Shown here one piece after another: positions 29,201 to 42,818 of a DNA stretch of 64,000 nt (the stretch's first letter is position 1; every line of letters starts with the position of its first letter). Source of the stretch: Euprymna scolopes (lineage: Eukaryota); assembly GCA_053919585.1 (NCBI GenBank), contig CM132819.1; one strand, given 5' to 3'. The position numbers and the translations under genes were made by a program. The notes under the pieces were generated by a model that was not told the origin of the DNA, made no database searches, and saw only the letters and a list, made by a program, of their open reading frames with translations.

Positions 29201-29896
29201 AGATTTTGTCAAATGAAGTAACACTGAGCATAGTGAAAGCTCTGATCTTACAGATATTCTACAAAACAACTATACTGGTTTCCAGTTATGGATTCACATT
29301 TTGATTAAAAAAATGTTTTAGTAGAGTTCATTACTTTACTTACTAGTACAATCTTGTTCATCTGAAGCATCAGAACAATCAAATGTATTGTCACATTTCT
29401 TGTTAGCATCAATGCATTGTCCATTTTTGCATTCAAATTGGTTGGGTTGGCAACGTTGTGAAGTGGCTGAGTGAGTGAGAGGTGAAAGAAAGAAATGTGC
29501 AGTGCATAAGACGCGTGCAAAGAAAAAAATTGTACAAAAATAAAAAGTTAATGAAAAAGGATTTATGGCATTATTGACAAAAATTAAATCATCAATGTAA
29601 ATTTAAATTTAAGAATTATTTTTATTAAAATTAATTGTAATAGAATTATGTAATTAGAATATTTTGAACGTTAGTGAGAATCGTACAAACTGCTATTTAA
29701 AATTAAAATTTGCATGAATTATATTTTATGATTTGAAGGAGGATTATAATAATTAATTATTGCAGTTATGAAAAGATTTTTTTGTATTTACGATTAAAAG
29801 CAAAAAGTAATACAAAAAAATGTCCACTGATCAGTTTTGCCCTCATTAACGAACACGAATAGTTTCCAAGATCGTCACCTCACCAATTTATATATA

Positions 29897-29947
<51 letters not shown>

Positions 29948-30621
29948 CCAGCAACTCATTATTCCAGCACGTCTGATAGGACACGACTGAGTCATTCTTT
30001 TTTCCGATTTTTCTGGATATCTTTTCAATTCGTCAAACGGTCTTTTTTTTCAGGTGGCATGTTGTATATAATGGCGCCCAAAAGTTGTTGTTCAGCCATA
30101 TTATTCTCAAACGCTTTCGACATTAGAAATATCTTAACTAATAATCCTACAATTTGATATCTTAATTGCACAACGACTAAAAGTACTAGAAGCCATACTA
30201 ATAAAAAAAACTATGGCCCCTTTTTATCTGGATCTCATTTAACACCGGAACAAATGAACAAATATACTAACCGTATTTAATAACTAACAAGAAACTAAAT
30301 AATGTATAAAATAAGAAAATCGAAATTATGAATAAAAATAATTCGCCCCTAACCATCCTGCACCCACCTTTATAACCAATTAAAAAAGAAATTGTAACTA
30401 CACCAAGCCTCAAAGAAAAAGAAAATGATAACAACAACAATCGCTCGTGACAACGATCAGACGCACCAATAGAAAGCGCTTAAGAATATGGCTGAACAAC
30501 AACTTTTGGGCACCATTATATACAACATTTCAGCTGAATTAAAAAAGACCGCTCGGTGAATTGAAAAGATATCCAGAAAGATAAAAAAAAAAGAATAAGT
30601 CTTGTGTTCACTCAGACGTGC

Positions 30622-30676
<55 letters not shown>

Positions 30677-32529
30677 TCAATCACATACAGTACTGTTTCG
30701 TTGTATCACAACTCATCAGTGCGACTGGACATACCTTTCACCAGACGTGCATCAAACCTACAACCATCGTATTGACAGTCGGCAGCTCTAACCATTAGAC
30801 TACGAATCAGTGCCCGTAAATATTTCTCCACAAGTGTCTATTAAATTTACACTTGCACGTCGCACAGTGCTCCATCCATCAGTTTGTTTACAAACAAACT
30901 GAATAGTGGGCTTCGCTTAGTTGCTTAAATATGCTTCGGGTAAAACTATATTTACAAGGTGCTCTACCAAAAGAGGGGAATGGCCTTTCATATACATGAT
31001 TTAATGATCTGATCTTGGAAACTATGCATTGTATATGTATCATAATTCTAGTTTATTTTAAATATACGTAATTACCACTGGTTTTTGCCTAAAAATTTTT
31101 TAAATGATACAGCTCTGTATGAGTAAGGCTTAAACTCGTAGGCTGACTTCATTTTTGTATTTTCTTGCTTTTAATCGTGGATATTAGAAAAAAGTTCTCA
31201 TAATTGCAATAGTTAAATTATATTGTAATTTTGAAAATTCAGTTTTAATCTATTTTATATCGCAATAAGTACTCGATGAAGAGATTTTAGTTTATAATGT
31301 GTTTACAAATTTTTAACTTAAAAGAGAAATAAAATCTTAATTATAAAGTAAACAGCTCCTATCTTCATTATTCCCATTGATGATCTTTATTTTTAGGTCG
31401 TTATTTTTAAATATTTCATTTTTCCTGTTGTCTAGGCTGGACTAAGTAATTTTTTTAGATAAATTATTGGAAAGTATGTTATGCCGTCAATAACATGGTG
31501 CAATAATAAAACGTGAAAATTAGTTTGTTCAAAGCAAAGTTTGATTGTAAGCCTAAATGCTATTCCAGTCTGACTTTAAAAAATCCGACAAGATAAACTT
31601 ATATGCAAGATAAAATTATCTAAAATTATATAAATTCAAACCCTTATTGCTAATCTACTTACTGCAGTCTGCTTCATCTGAACCATCAGAACAATCAAAT
31701 GTTTGGTCACATTTCTTGTTAGCTGCGATACATTGTCCGTTTTTACATTCAAATTGGTTGGGTTGGCAACGTTGTGCAGTGGCTGGGTGAGTGAGAGGTG
31801 AAAGAAAGAAAGGTGCAGTGCATATGGAAAACAAGTGCAAAGGAAAAGTGAAATATAAAGATAAAAATATTTGAAAAATAAAAACTTTAGGTTGGGTTGA
31901 CTAAATTAGAAAGAAACATGTTACATCATATGGATTATTCAAACACCTCTTCTCGTTTTGGATTGCACAACGGACATAAACAAAATCCCACCCCTTCATT
32001 TAGAGGTTCCCAGATGCAGGAGGGTTTCTACTTAAATATTTTATTTTCTTGACTTGCTAAACATTGAAATTTCTCTCCTGCTGCCAGTTTTCCTGACTGC
32101 ACCAATGCGACATCAATATTTATCAAACTACAACTTTCACCACAAAAAGAGATAAGAGAGAAAATAAATACAATTTTTAACTAAATATTTAACAAAATAG
32201 GATAAATCGTTTTGGTTCTATTTTATCTAGTATCTGCTTGCTGACAACGAAAGACACAAAGTAAAGAGTTGCCATCATGGAACAAAAGTAAAATGCTCTG
32301 ATGAATCTCGGAAACTACAGCTTCAACCAAATCTGTCATATCCAGAAACATGATGGCATCACGCCAACTGAGAACAAGTTTAAGGGATATTGGTACACAC
32401 GATTCAGACATGTGTTCAAAACTGATGACGACTCTTGCAGAACTCGCATTTAAATTTGAAGTTACTAGGTAGCCACTGAGAGTAAAGCTAATGATGAGCT
32501 AGATGAAATTTCTGGATTATGATCCCAGG

Positions 32530-32569
<40 letters not shown>

Positions 32570-35551
32570 CATCCAGACCAAGCTCATGATTGTTCCAAAG
32601 GGGACGTAATGGTCCATTGTTATGGACCTCGCTGTGGCTCAGAGCTAATACAAAGAAAATGAAGAAAAAAAAGTTCAATGTATTTAGTCAAATAAATCTT
32701 TATATAAATATAAAATAATTGATAAAAAATAGAAAAGATTTTAGGTTAGGTTGACTAAATTAGAAAGAAATGCATGTTGCATTATTTGGATTATTCAGAC
32801 TACCGTTCTCCTTTTAGATGGAACAACGGATACAAATGCTGAATGATCAGTTCTAACACCGTGCTTTTACAATTTAAAGATTTAATCCAGACTACGAATG
32901 ATACTAATAATACAATTACAATTTAGTTATGACCTCTACTCCATCATGACTGATGAAACAAGAGCAAGTTTCCGTCATCATATTCGTTTACCGTCCATTT
33001 TACATGCCGGCATGCAATGTACTGCATAAAGAAATTGACTTGCAAACTAATCTTTTTCTTGCTAGATTTTTTTTTATTTTAACTAACAATTTAAAATTTT
33101 TATCGTTTTCTCCTATGTTCTTCAATTAACTCTACTAGCTCACGTGTTCTACATCTATTAACTTTAAAACTGCCCTCCATTCTTTCACTGTGGCCATACT
33201 ATCTTTGTCTACTGAGTTTTATACATCTCCCTATATAGTCTAGATTTAATCTTCTTCTGAGATCAGAACTGAGCCTGTCGTACACTGATATTAGACATCC
33301 ATCACATTATTCTCCCGAGTTTGACAAAGATACACTTGTAGAAGGTTGGAGGTTACATTAATCGAAACGAGAATAACTACTAATATAAGGATAATAGTCC
33401 GAAAGATCCACTGTCCAAATTAAATCTTCTTCTGGGGTCATCAGAACTAAGTCTGTCTTGTAGACAGACACAAGACAGCGATCATATACTCCAGAGTTCA
33501 ACATGAACATTCCAGAGTTTGACAAAGATGCAATTGTAAAAGTTCAGGCATTACATTGATCTAAACGAGAATAACTTCCAAGATGAGAATAGAAAGCCAA
33601 AAAACAAATATAAGAAACTTTATTTTCTTTATCTCAAAAATTTTGGAAATGTTCTAAGTTTGTTTTTATTTTAGATGAATTCTTATGAAAACCAGGATAA
33701 AATATGTTTCTAGACGTATATCAAGGTGGTCTTGCTTTTGGGTAATTTTCAGAAAAATCTAATTGTCAGAAAGTATTCTATATACATGAAAAGTTCTATT
33801 TTTGCCCATTTGGACTTGTTTGACCCCCTGGGGAAGCAACCAGAATTTTCTTAGGATAAAATATTACGTTTTCAGATGTATATCATGTGGGCTTTGCTTT
33901 TTGGTAATTTTCAGCAAAATTTAATGATGGGAAAATATTTGATGTCCCGAAAAGTGCTATTTTTCACCATTTGGATCCTTTATGATCCCCTTGGGATGCA
34001 AAAAAAAAATTTTTTTTATAAAGAATCCACATGTTACATTTCCTCTCTTGCCTAGTTTTAACTTCATGAAAAATTTCAGAAAAATGTAACGAGTAGTCAT
34101 TGAGAATTTTTGGAACAGAAGGAGCGAACGGACAAGGGTGCATTTAAAGGTCCAAATCAGATTAAGTGGTTGGACCAAAAATAAGTGTATTTGGACCCTT
34201 TTGAAATATTTCAAATTTACTGTTCTCTTTATTTAGTAAAACCAAGGCGCTCTTGAAACCCAAGTTATTTTAGTGATAAGCGAGTTATGTCCCTTTATTA
34301 TGAAGAACTCTTCGAAGAGCAAAAAAAGGAGATTGAATTTTCAGATTAACAACATGATCAAAATGAACAAGCACGTCTCTTATTTTTGATGTTTGCCAAT
34401 GTGTAAATATCTCCAGGGTGAATAATTATATATATAAACGTTATCACTTTAAATTTATTTAAATTTTGTGACATACATATTACGAGTACATTTATCTTGA
34501 TATTGAGATAATTCAAATAAATTTTTAAATGTCAATTTGAAATTTTATTTAAAGTATAAATAATTTGATACGTGACAGGAACTAGGTTTAATTACTTACT
34601 ACAGTTGGCTTCATCCGACCCATCGGAACAATCATCATAATCATCACATTTGTAGATAGCATTTATACATTGTCCATTTTTACATTCAAATTGGTTAGCT
34701 GGGCAACGCTGTGAAATGGCTGTGCACGAAAGATGAAACGTGTCAAAATGTTAAGTGCAATGAAAAGGGAGATAAGCGTGCAAGAGAAAATGAAAAACAA
34801 ACAAAAAACAGTTTACATGTGTGTTTGAAGATAAAATTACAATGTTTTGTAAAGATATATTACATCCTTTCCTTTATATTACTTACAAAGTAGTCTATCT
34901 TTAGCCAGGTCTTTATTTATCCCTCTTTCCCTCAAATTCCAACCCTATTATCCTCTTAGTCTTCCATTTCCAACTGATCATATTACCAGAACTCTTTTAC
35001 ATCTAGCCTTTCTAAACGTTGCAAGCCTTTCTCTACTCTATTGGTATTTCCATGATAGATGCTCGACTGAGTTTTACACTCTGCTCCCCCCCTCATATAA
35101 TCTTCTCAGCAAGACAATATATCCAAAAATTGCAAAATCTGATCTAATAGAAAATCTATTAGTTCAGAAAAATGTAGATATTATCATAAGAATCAATGGC
35201 AGACATTAACGTCGCTGAACTTCGAAAAAAACAATGAAGATGATATAATTTTCCCTGGCCATATTCTGACTATCAGTATAAAGAAAACAGCGAAATAAAC
35301 AACTTTCTGCACAAATTACTTTACACATAAAAAATGATCTCCTTTATAAACTATAGCAATTTTTGGATATATAGCTCTTTAAGATTGTAACGAAGCCAAC
35401 TGACAGGTATGTAACAGCAGTAGCATCTCATATGCAAATGACCAAGCTGTGGTGTGAGCTAATCTCACATGAAGGAAGAGAAAGAAAAGCAGAGAAGTTG
35501 GAAGCCATGTGGCTACGACATCAACTTTCAGACACATGTTGATGCAAGAGG

Positions 35552-35605
<54 letters not shown>

Positions 35606-38600
35606 TCAGACGACCGTGTGCCAGATATAGCAGCTGGTTGTAGCTGTAGACTGCATCGTGGGTAACTGATGTAGGAGAAATGCAGGGATTCGTCTATATT
35701 TTATCTGACGTAGAAAATTGTGTGTCTGTGCTTTCGTAATTAAACGACCGTAAATAAATGCCTTTTGTTTCAATTGAAAAAAAAAAAATCAAGCTGAATT
35801 TCTTTCCTTTGTTCCTTTGCAACAGTCTCTGTTTATGTGTTGGGTCCATATGAAAATATAATGGTCATGTTACAAGATGACAATTCAATTAATACTATCT
35901 TTAATTAAAAGAATTTATTTAATTGTAAACAAGAACTAGTATTGGTTGCTTATGGTGAGACTGATCATCCCCATCATTCAAAGAGACATATGAGAGAATG
36001 TGGATGAAACAAAAGAATGCTTGGTATCAAGAAAGAGTGACAGACTATAGAGAGTTAAGAGCGGAATTATGCAAATTATTCCTAGACTAGATGCGCAATT
36101 CCTTTGTTTTTAGTCAAGTGTTTATATCTTAGATGGAAGTGTTCGTATTTTATTTTCCTTTGTCTGCCAATGCCGTGAGAGTTGGCCACATCTCGATTTG
36201 TCAGTAATCTGTCCTAATTTGTATCTTGTGTTTATAATTTCTGTATGGAAACTTTCAGTACACTTGGCAAATCTGAAAGACTCAACCAGAAATTAAGTTG
36301 ATTTGTCCGGCGAAAAAAGCATATGTAAAACAAACCATGTTTGGTGTCGGATGCTGTAGGATAATCATTCTTAAATCCATTAAAACTGAGTTGCTATGAC
36401 AACAGTCATCATATTCGGCTCATCGTCCATTTTACATGCTGACATGTGCTGAGCAGCTTTTAGAAAATGAATTCCAAATTAATCTACCTCAGACATTTTT
36501 CTATCTCTTTCAAGTCCATTCTTTTAAATTAGTCTCATATTTTGTAAACTTATTCTTCTACTTGGACTGTTCTACATCTTCTTAGCCCAAGAACACACCC
36601 GTTTTTCAATGTGGCTACACAATTGAAGTTTCCTGTTCTACAAATATACCCGCTATACTGTTCTGATTCAATCTTCCTGAGGTCTTCAGATCCAAACAAC
36701 ATCATAGTGAAATACGATAGACATGGCATAACACTGATATATGACAACTGAAGAAGGTTGAAATAGTCACAAAGTTTTGCCAGACTCCTTACATCATTCT
36801 ACCAGATTTTCTGTAATATTTGTTTCCTCCAAAATATCTTTTTCATAGACTGAACATTGATAGCTTGTTTTTGTTTTGTCGTTGTAGGATTTAATAAATG
36901 TATAGATGGTAATTATTTTTTAAGCAGTAAAGCTTAAAGATAGCATATAGACTACATGTGACATGTTAGCTCATTTAAATTGCAAGTTTATTTAATGTGG
37001 AAAAGACAAATTGAGATAATAGCAGTAAGGTGCATAAGTTATAACTTTCCTATATTTCTCTAAGGCAGAAATAAAACCTGGGGGCAGAATAAGTTAAATA
37101 TTCAGGTAGTGTTAAATGAAGTTAGACTGAGCATAGTAAAAGCTGATCTTACAGATGTTCTACAAAACAACTGGTTTCCAGTTATGGACTTTAAAGTTCG
37201 ATTAAAAAATATTTAAGTAGAGTCCATTAAAAATCTAATTTACTTACTAGTACAATCTTGTTCATCTGAAGCATCAGAACAATCAAATGTATTGTCACAT
37301 TTCTTGTTAGCATCGATGCATTGTCCGTTTTTACATTTGAATTGGTTGGGTTGGCAAAGTTGTGGTGTAGCTGAGAGTAGGAGGTGAAAGAAAGAGAAAG
37401 GTGCAGTGCATTGGAAGACAAGTGCAAAGAATGAGAAATGAATAAAGAAAATGGTGACAAAATATGAATTTTAAGAATTTATGAGATTTATTGATGAGAA
37501 AGCATTAATATTTATGAAAGTTTCTTTCCAAATTTAAATTAATTTTATTTGAATAATCGAATGCCCAAGAATACTTTTTTGAGTTTAAGAAAAAAATGTT
37601 CATTTTGCAATACTAAAAAATAATTGATACTATTATATATTTAGTCAAAGTTATATAAGTCAAAGATTGTGTCGATTTATGTAATAATCATATTTTCTAA
37701 TTGACTTACAACAATCTTGTTCATCTGAAGCATCAGAACAATCAAATGTTTGGTCACATTTCTTGTTAGCATCGATGCATTGTCCGTTTTTACATTTGAA
37801 TTGGTTGGGTTGGCAACGTTGTTGGGTAGCTGAGTGAGTGAGAGGTGAAAGAAAGAAAGGTGCAGTGCATAGAAAGATAAATGCAAAGAAAATGTGGTAC
37901 GTATAGAAAATGGTGAAAAAATGAGATTTTTAAGAATCCAGGATATTTATTAATGAGAATTAAAGCATTTATATTAATGAAGTCCCTTTTCAAATTAAAA
38001 CTAATTTATCAAAATTATTGTATTCGAATAATAGTACGCAAAAGAATACTTTTTTTTTTTTAACTGAAAAAAAAAAGGTCATTTTGCAGTACTAAAAAAT
38101 AATTGACACTATTATCGATTTAGGCTTATTTTATGACTAGTAATTGTGCCCATTTATGTAGCAATCATATTTGCTAATAGCCTCACAAACAATTACTTTC
38201 TTAGATTTCTTGTAATAATCATATTTTCTAATCTACTTACAACAATCTTGTTCATCTGAAGCATCAGTGCAATCAAATGTTTTGTCACATTTCTTGTTAG
38301 CATCGATGCATTGTCCGTTTTTACATTTGAATTGGTTGGGTTGGCAACGTTGTGAAGTGGCTGAGTATGTGAGAAGTGAAAGAAAGAAAGTTGCAGTGCA
38401 TAAGAAGAGTGCAAAGAAAATATTGTGCAGATAAAAATAAAGGTACTATGAGGAAGTATTTATGGCCTTATTGAGAAGAATTAAAGCATCACTGTAACAT
38501 CACTGAGTTATTGTCATTAAAATTAATTTTAATAGAATTTTTTAATTAGAATATTTTGAATGTTAGTGAAAAATGTAAGGAACTGCTATTTTAAATGACA

Positions 38601-41600
38601 ATTTGCAGGAATTTTCTTTTAGGATTTTTGCAGGATTATAAAAATTAATCATCGTAATTATGAAAAGTCATTTTTTTTAGTATTTACTATGATAAAAGCA
38701 AAATGTAATGCAAAAAGATGGCCACCAACCACTTTTACCCTCCTAAAAAAACAAAATTTCCAAGATTGTCGTACTCAGTGTGCGTGTATATATATATATA
38801 TATATATATGATGATTGCAACATCTTGTCAGACGAGTGCCACTCCCTCAGACACTGAAATCCATGAGCCCGAAAATGACTTTAGTCCTGCCGACGAATTC
38901 ACATGCTCAAGCAGACATGACACTGAAAACGGTCCTTGGTATACATACATATATACACAAACAAATACATATACATACACAATATGCGCACACACACACA
39001 TATATATATAGGCATATATACCCATAGATATGCATACATGCACACAAACATATCTATACATATATACAAACACATACAAATAGATATACATATGATGGCA
39101 GATCAATTATTACATGCTTCCAGCATTTCATGCCTACACACGTAACAACTTTTCCATCGCCACAGGACTATTTTTTATAGACAAATGCCTGAGGGAGTAT
39201 CTATACAAAAATGATGTTACAGAGTTTTAGCTTTGTACGACAGCTAAATCTCTCTCTCTCTCTGTTCAAAATGTTGAGATCCAGCAATAAGCAAGAGCAA
39301 GATAGCCTGCTTAATACAGGTACTGGTCTCCTGCTTTATGGTTTTTTTAAATCAGATATTTGCTTCTTCTAGTGGTTGCCTTCACCATGGCTTACGGGAG
39401 CCCTCTCCACCCCACATGGAAATAAACATACATGCATACATAGAGAATGCACGCAAACATACATGTAAAAATACACATGAAGGAGCGTTTCAACAGTCAT
39501 AAATCCTCAATGATTAGGATGAATGTGACGGGTACAATTCAAGGAGTTTGACATGAATAATAAAAAAGAAAAACAATCCAAAACAAACAATTTGTAGAAG
39601 AGAGAATCATTCGTTGAAGCGTTTGTGTAACTTTACAAATGAATGGACGTAAGAATCAGACGAAAACAAAATCCAATTGATCAGTACTAAAACGCCTGGA
39701 CTTTATCTCTTTTTAAATAACAGGTTTATTTAAAAAAAAAAAAATAAAAGGCGTTTTTAGTACTGATCGATTGGATTTTGTTTTCGTCTGATTTCTACGG
39801 CCATTCATTTGTAAAATAATGTGTGGAATTTGTCATCGTCATCATTATCTACAGTAGAACTGTGAGTCATATATATATTTTTTTATTACCGTTTTATCTG
39901 TTTGGTTAGATATGTTTCGGATGTTGGACCGTGTTTACGATCTAACAGCCTCGTCAGACCTTACAGAAATGGTTGGTTAGTATTAGGAAGAATTGATTTT
40001 AGGAGGAATACGGGGGGGGGAAAGAGTGGGGATAGGAGATAATAGAGGGGGAAGGCGGGTAAGGACAATATTTCAGTTTTAGCAATAATTAACCGATGAA
40101 GAGATTTTAGTTTTTAATTTTCATTTGTTTACAAATTTGTAAACTTAAAAGGGAAATAAAATCTGAATTATAAAGGTAAACAACTCCAATAGTAATTATC
40201 CCCATTGATGATTATTTTTAGGTCTTTATTTTTAAATATTTCATATTACCTGTTGTCTAGGCTGGACTAAGTAATTTTTTAGATAAATTGTTGGAAAGTA
40301 TGTTATTATGTCGTCAATAACATGGTGTAATAATAAAACGTGAAAATTGGTTTGTTCAAAGCAAAGTTTGATCGTAAGCTTAAATGCTATTTTAGTCGTA
40401 CTTTAAAAATCCGACAAGATAACTTTACATGTTAAAAAAAATATATCTTAAATTGTATAAATTCAAGCCCTTATTGCTAATCTACTTACTGCAGTTGGCT
40501 TCATCTGAACCATCAGAACAATCAAATGTTTGGTCACATTTCTTGTTAGCATCGATACATTGTCCGTTTTTACATCTGAATTGGTTGGGTTGGCAACGTT
40601 GTGCAGTGGCTGGGTGAGTGAGAGGTGAAAGAAAGAGAAAGGTGCAGTGCATATGGAAAATAAGTGCAAAGGAAAAGTGAAATATAAAGATAAAAATATT
40701 TGAAAAATAAAAGACTTTAGGTCAGGTTGACTAAATTAGAACGGGTGCTAATGCAGAGAGTGATCCGCACTATTTTTTTTTTTAATCGTATTTCCATGTT
40801 TAATTAAAGTTTTTTTTTTTATTCAATTGTAACGTTAAAATACAGAATGTGTACGAAACATGTTAAGAATGGCTTTTTAAATAATAACGTTATTATTTCA
40901 GCACGGATCACTCTCTGCATGAGTACCTTAGAAAGAAACATGTTACATCATTTGGATTATTCAGACTACTGTTTTCATTTTGGATTACACAACGGATATA
41001 AACTGAATCACATCTTTTCACTTTAGAGATTCCCAAATGAAGGAAAGTTTCTATTTAATAACTTCTTTTCTAGACTTGCTAAACATTGGAATTTCCCTCC
41101 TGGTGCCAATTTCCCTGACTGCACCAATGCCAATGTGGCATCGATATTTATTAAACTAGAACTTTATCCCACAAAAAGAGGTAAAAGAAAATAAAAACAA
41201 TTTTCAACTAAATATTTAACAAAATAGGATAAATCGTTTTGGTTCTATTTTATCTAGTATGCTTGCTGACAATGAAAACCATAAATTAAAGATTTGCCAT
41301 CATGGAACAAAAGTAAAATGCTCTGCTGAATCTCGGAAACTACAGCTTCAACCAAATCTGTAATATCCAGAAACATGATGGCATCACACCAATTGACAAC
41401 AAGATTGAGGGATCGTGATACACATGATTCAGACATGTGTTCAAAACTGATGACGACTCTTGCAGAACTCGCATTTAAATTTGAAGTAGCCACTGAGAGG
41501 AAAGCTAATGATGAGCTAGATGAAACTTCTGGACAATGATCTCAGAAAAAGAAAACCTTCATCCAGCCTAAGCTCATGATTGTTCCAAAGGGGAAGCTAT

Positions 41601-42784
41601 GGTCCATTGCTGTTGACCTCGCTGTGGCTCAGAACTAATACAAAGAAAAATGAAGGATCAAAGTTCAATGTATCTAGTCAAATCTTTATATCAAGATAAA
41701 AATAATTGAAAAAGAAAAAATAAATAAAAACGATTTTAGATTAGGTTAACTAAATTAGAAAGAAACACATGTTGCATCATTTGGATTATTCAGACTACTG
41801 TTCTCATTTTAGATAGAACAACGGATATAAGTGCTGAATAATCAGTTCTAATGCCGTGCTTTTACAGATTGAAGATTTAATCCTGAGTACGGATGATACT
41901 TTTAATACAGTTACAATTTAGTTATGACCTCTACACCATCATGACTGAGGAATCAAGAGCAAGTTTCCATCATCATATTCGTATTACGTCCTTTTTATAT
42001 GCTGACAATTGACTTGCAAACTAACCTTTTTTGCTAGGCTTTTTAAATCACAATTTTTTTTGTCGTATTCTCCCATGATCTCCAATTAACTCCACTACCG
42101 CACGTGTTCTACATCTACTAACTTTAAAATTGTCATCCATTCCTTCACCAAGAATAACTTCCAAGATGAGAATAGAAAGCGAAAAAAAACAAAAAACAAA
42201 TACAAACTTGTTAATCTTTAACCGAAAAATTGGGAAATACAATAAACGAATGTTCCAAATTTGTTTATATTTTAGACTAGTCTGGGTGCCAGGTGTTTGT
42301 AGGTGTGTGTTTAGCAAAAAAAAAAAAAAGAAAAAAGTGGTACTAGGCAGGCAGGCAAGCTCGAACACATGACGCGAAAGTGCAAAAGAAAATGAAAGAA
42401 AGTCTGACATTTTACCACTACTACATGACGCGACCAGAAGTTTAAAGGGTTCAAATTTAATGTAGTCAAGATGACTTGCAGAAATCTTGTTGCTTTTAAA
42501 CCTCCCACGAAAGTAAATTAGACACAAGGTCGTTTTTAATATGGGGAGGGGGGTAGCTTCCCCCAAAATGGGGCACTCTGGTAGTATCCAAATAAATAGT
42601 AATTGTCTCAGTATGAAGGGTTACCCCTAGATAAATCAAGGACCAATTACAGAACATTATTCATACTACCTGGACCAAAGGCCAGGCGTTCGCATTCGAA
42701 TAGTTCCGCTTTATTTATACGAAATAGACAAACAAACACAGGAGATGATGAAGCACGTTCGGAATTTTTTTTTTTTTTAACTTG

Positions 42785-42818
<34 letters not shown>

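Noticed and set aside
20194-34893. Plus-strand ORFs MKWLCTKDE../MKRVKMLS..
   Set aside because: Antisense shadows of duplicated intron sequence, with inconsistent frames between copies
38718-39145. Overlapping ORFs rich in Y/I/H/T
   Set aside because: Translation of TA/CA low-complexity sequence
18560-41500. Repeated [19 protein letters not shown] (25158, 32223, 41254)
   Set aside because: Intronic segment copied with the repeat unit; frame not kept in all copies and no splice or domain support, probably an old repeat relic
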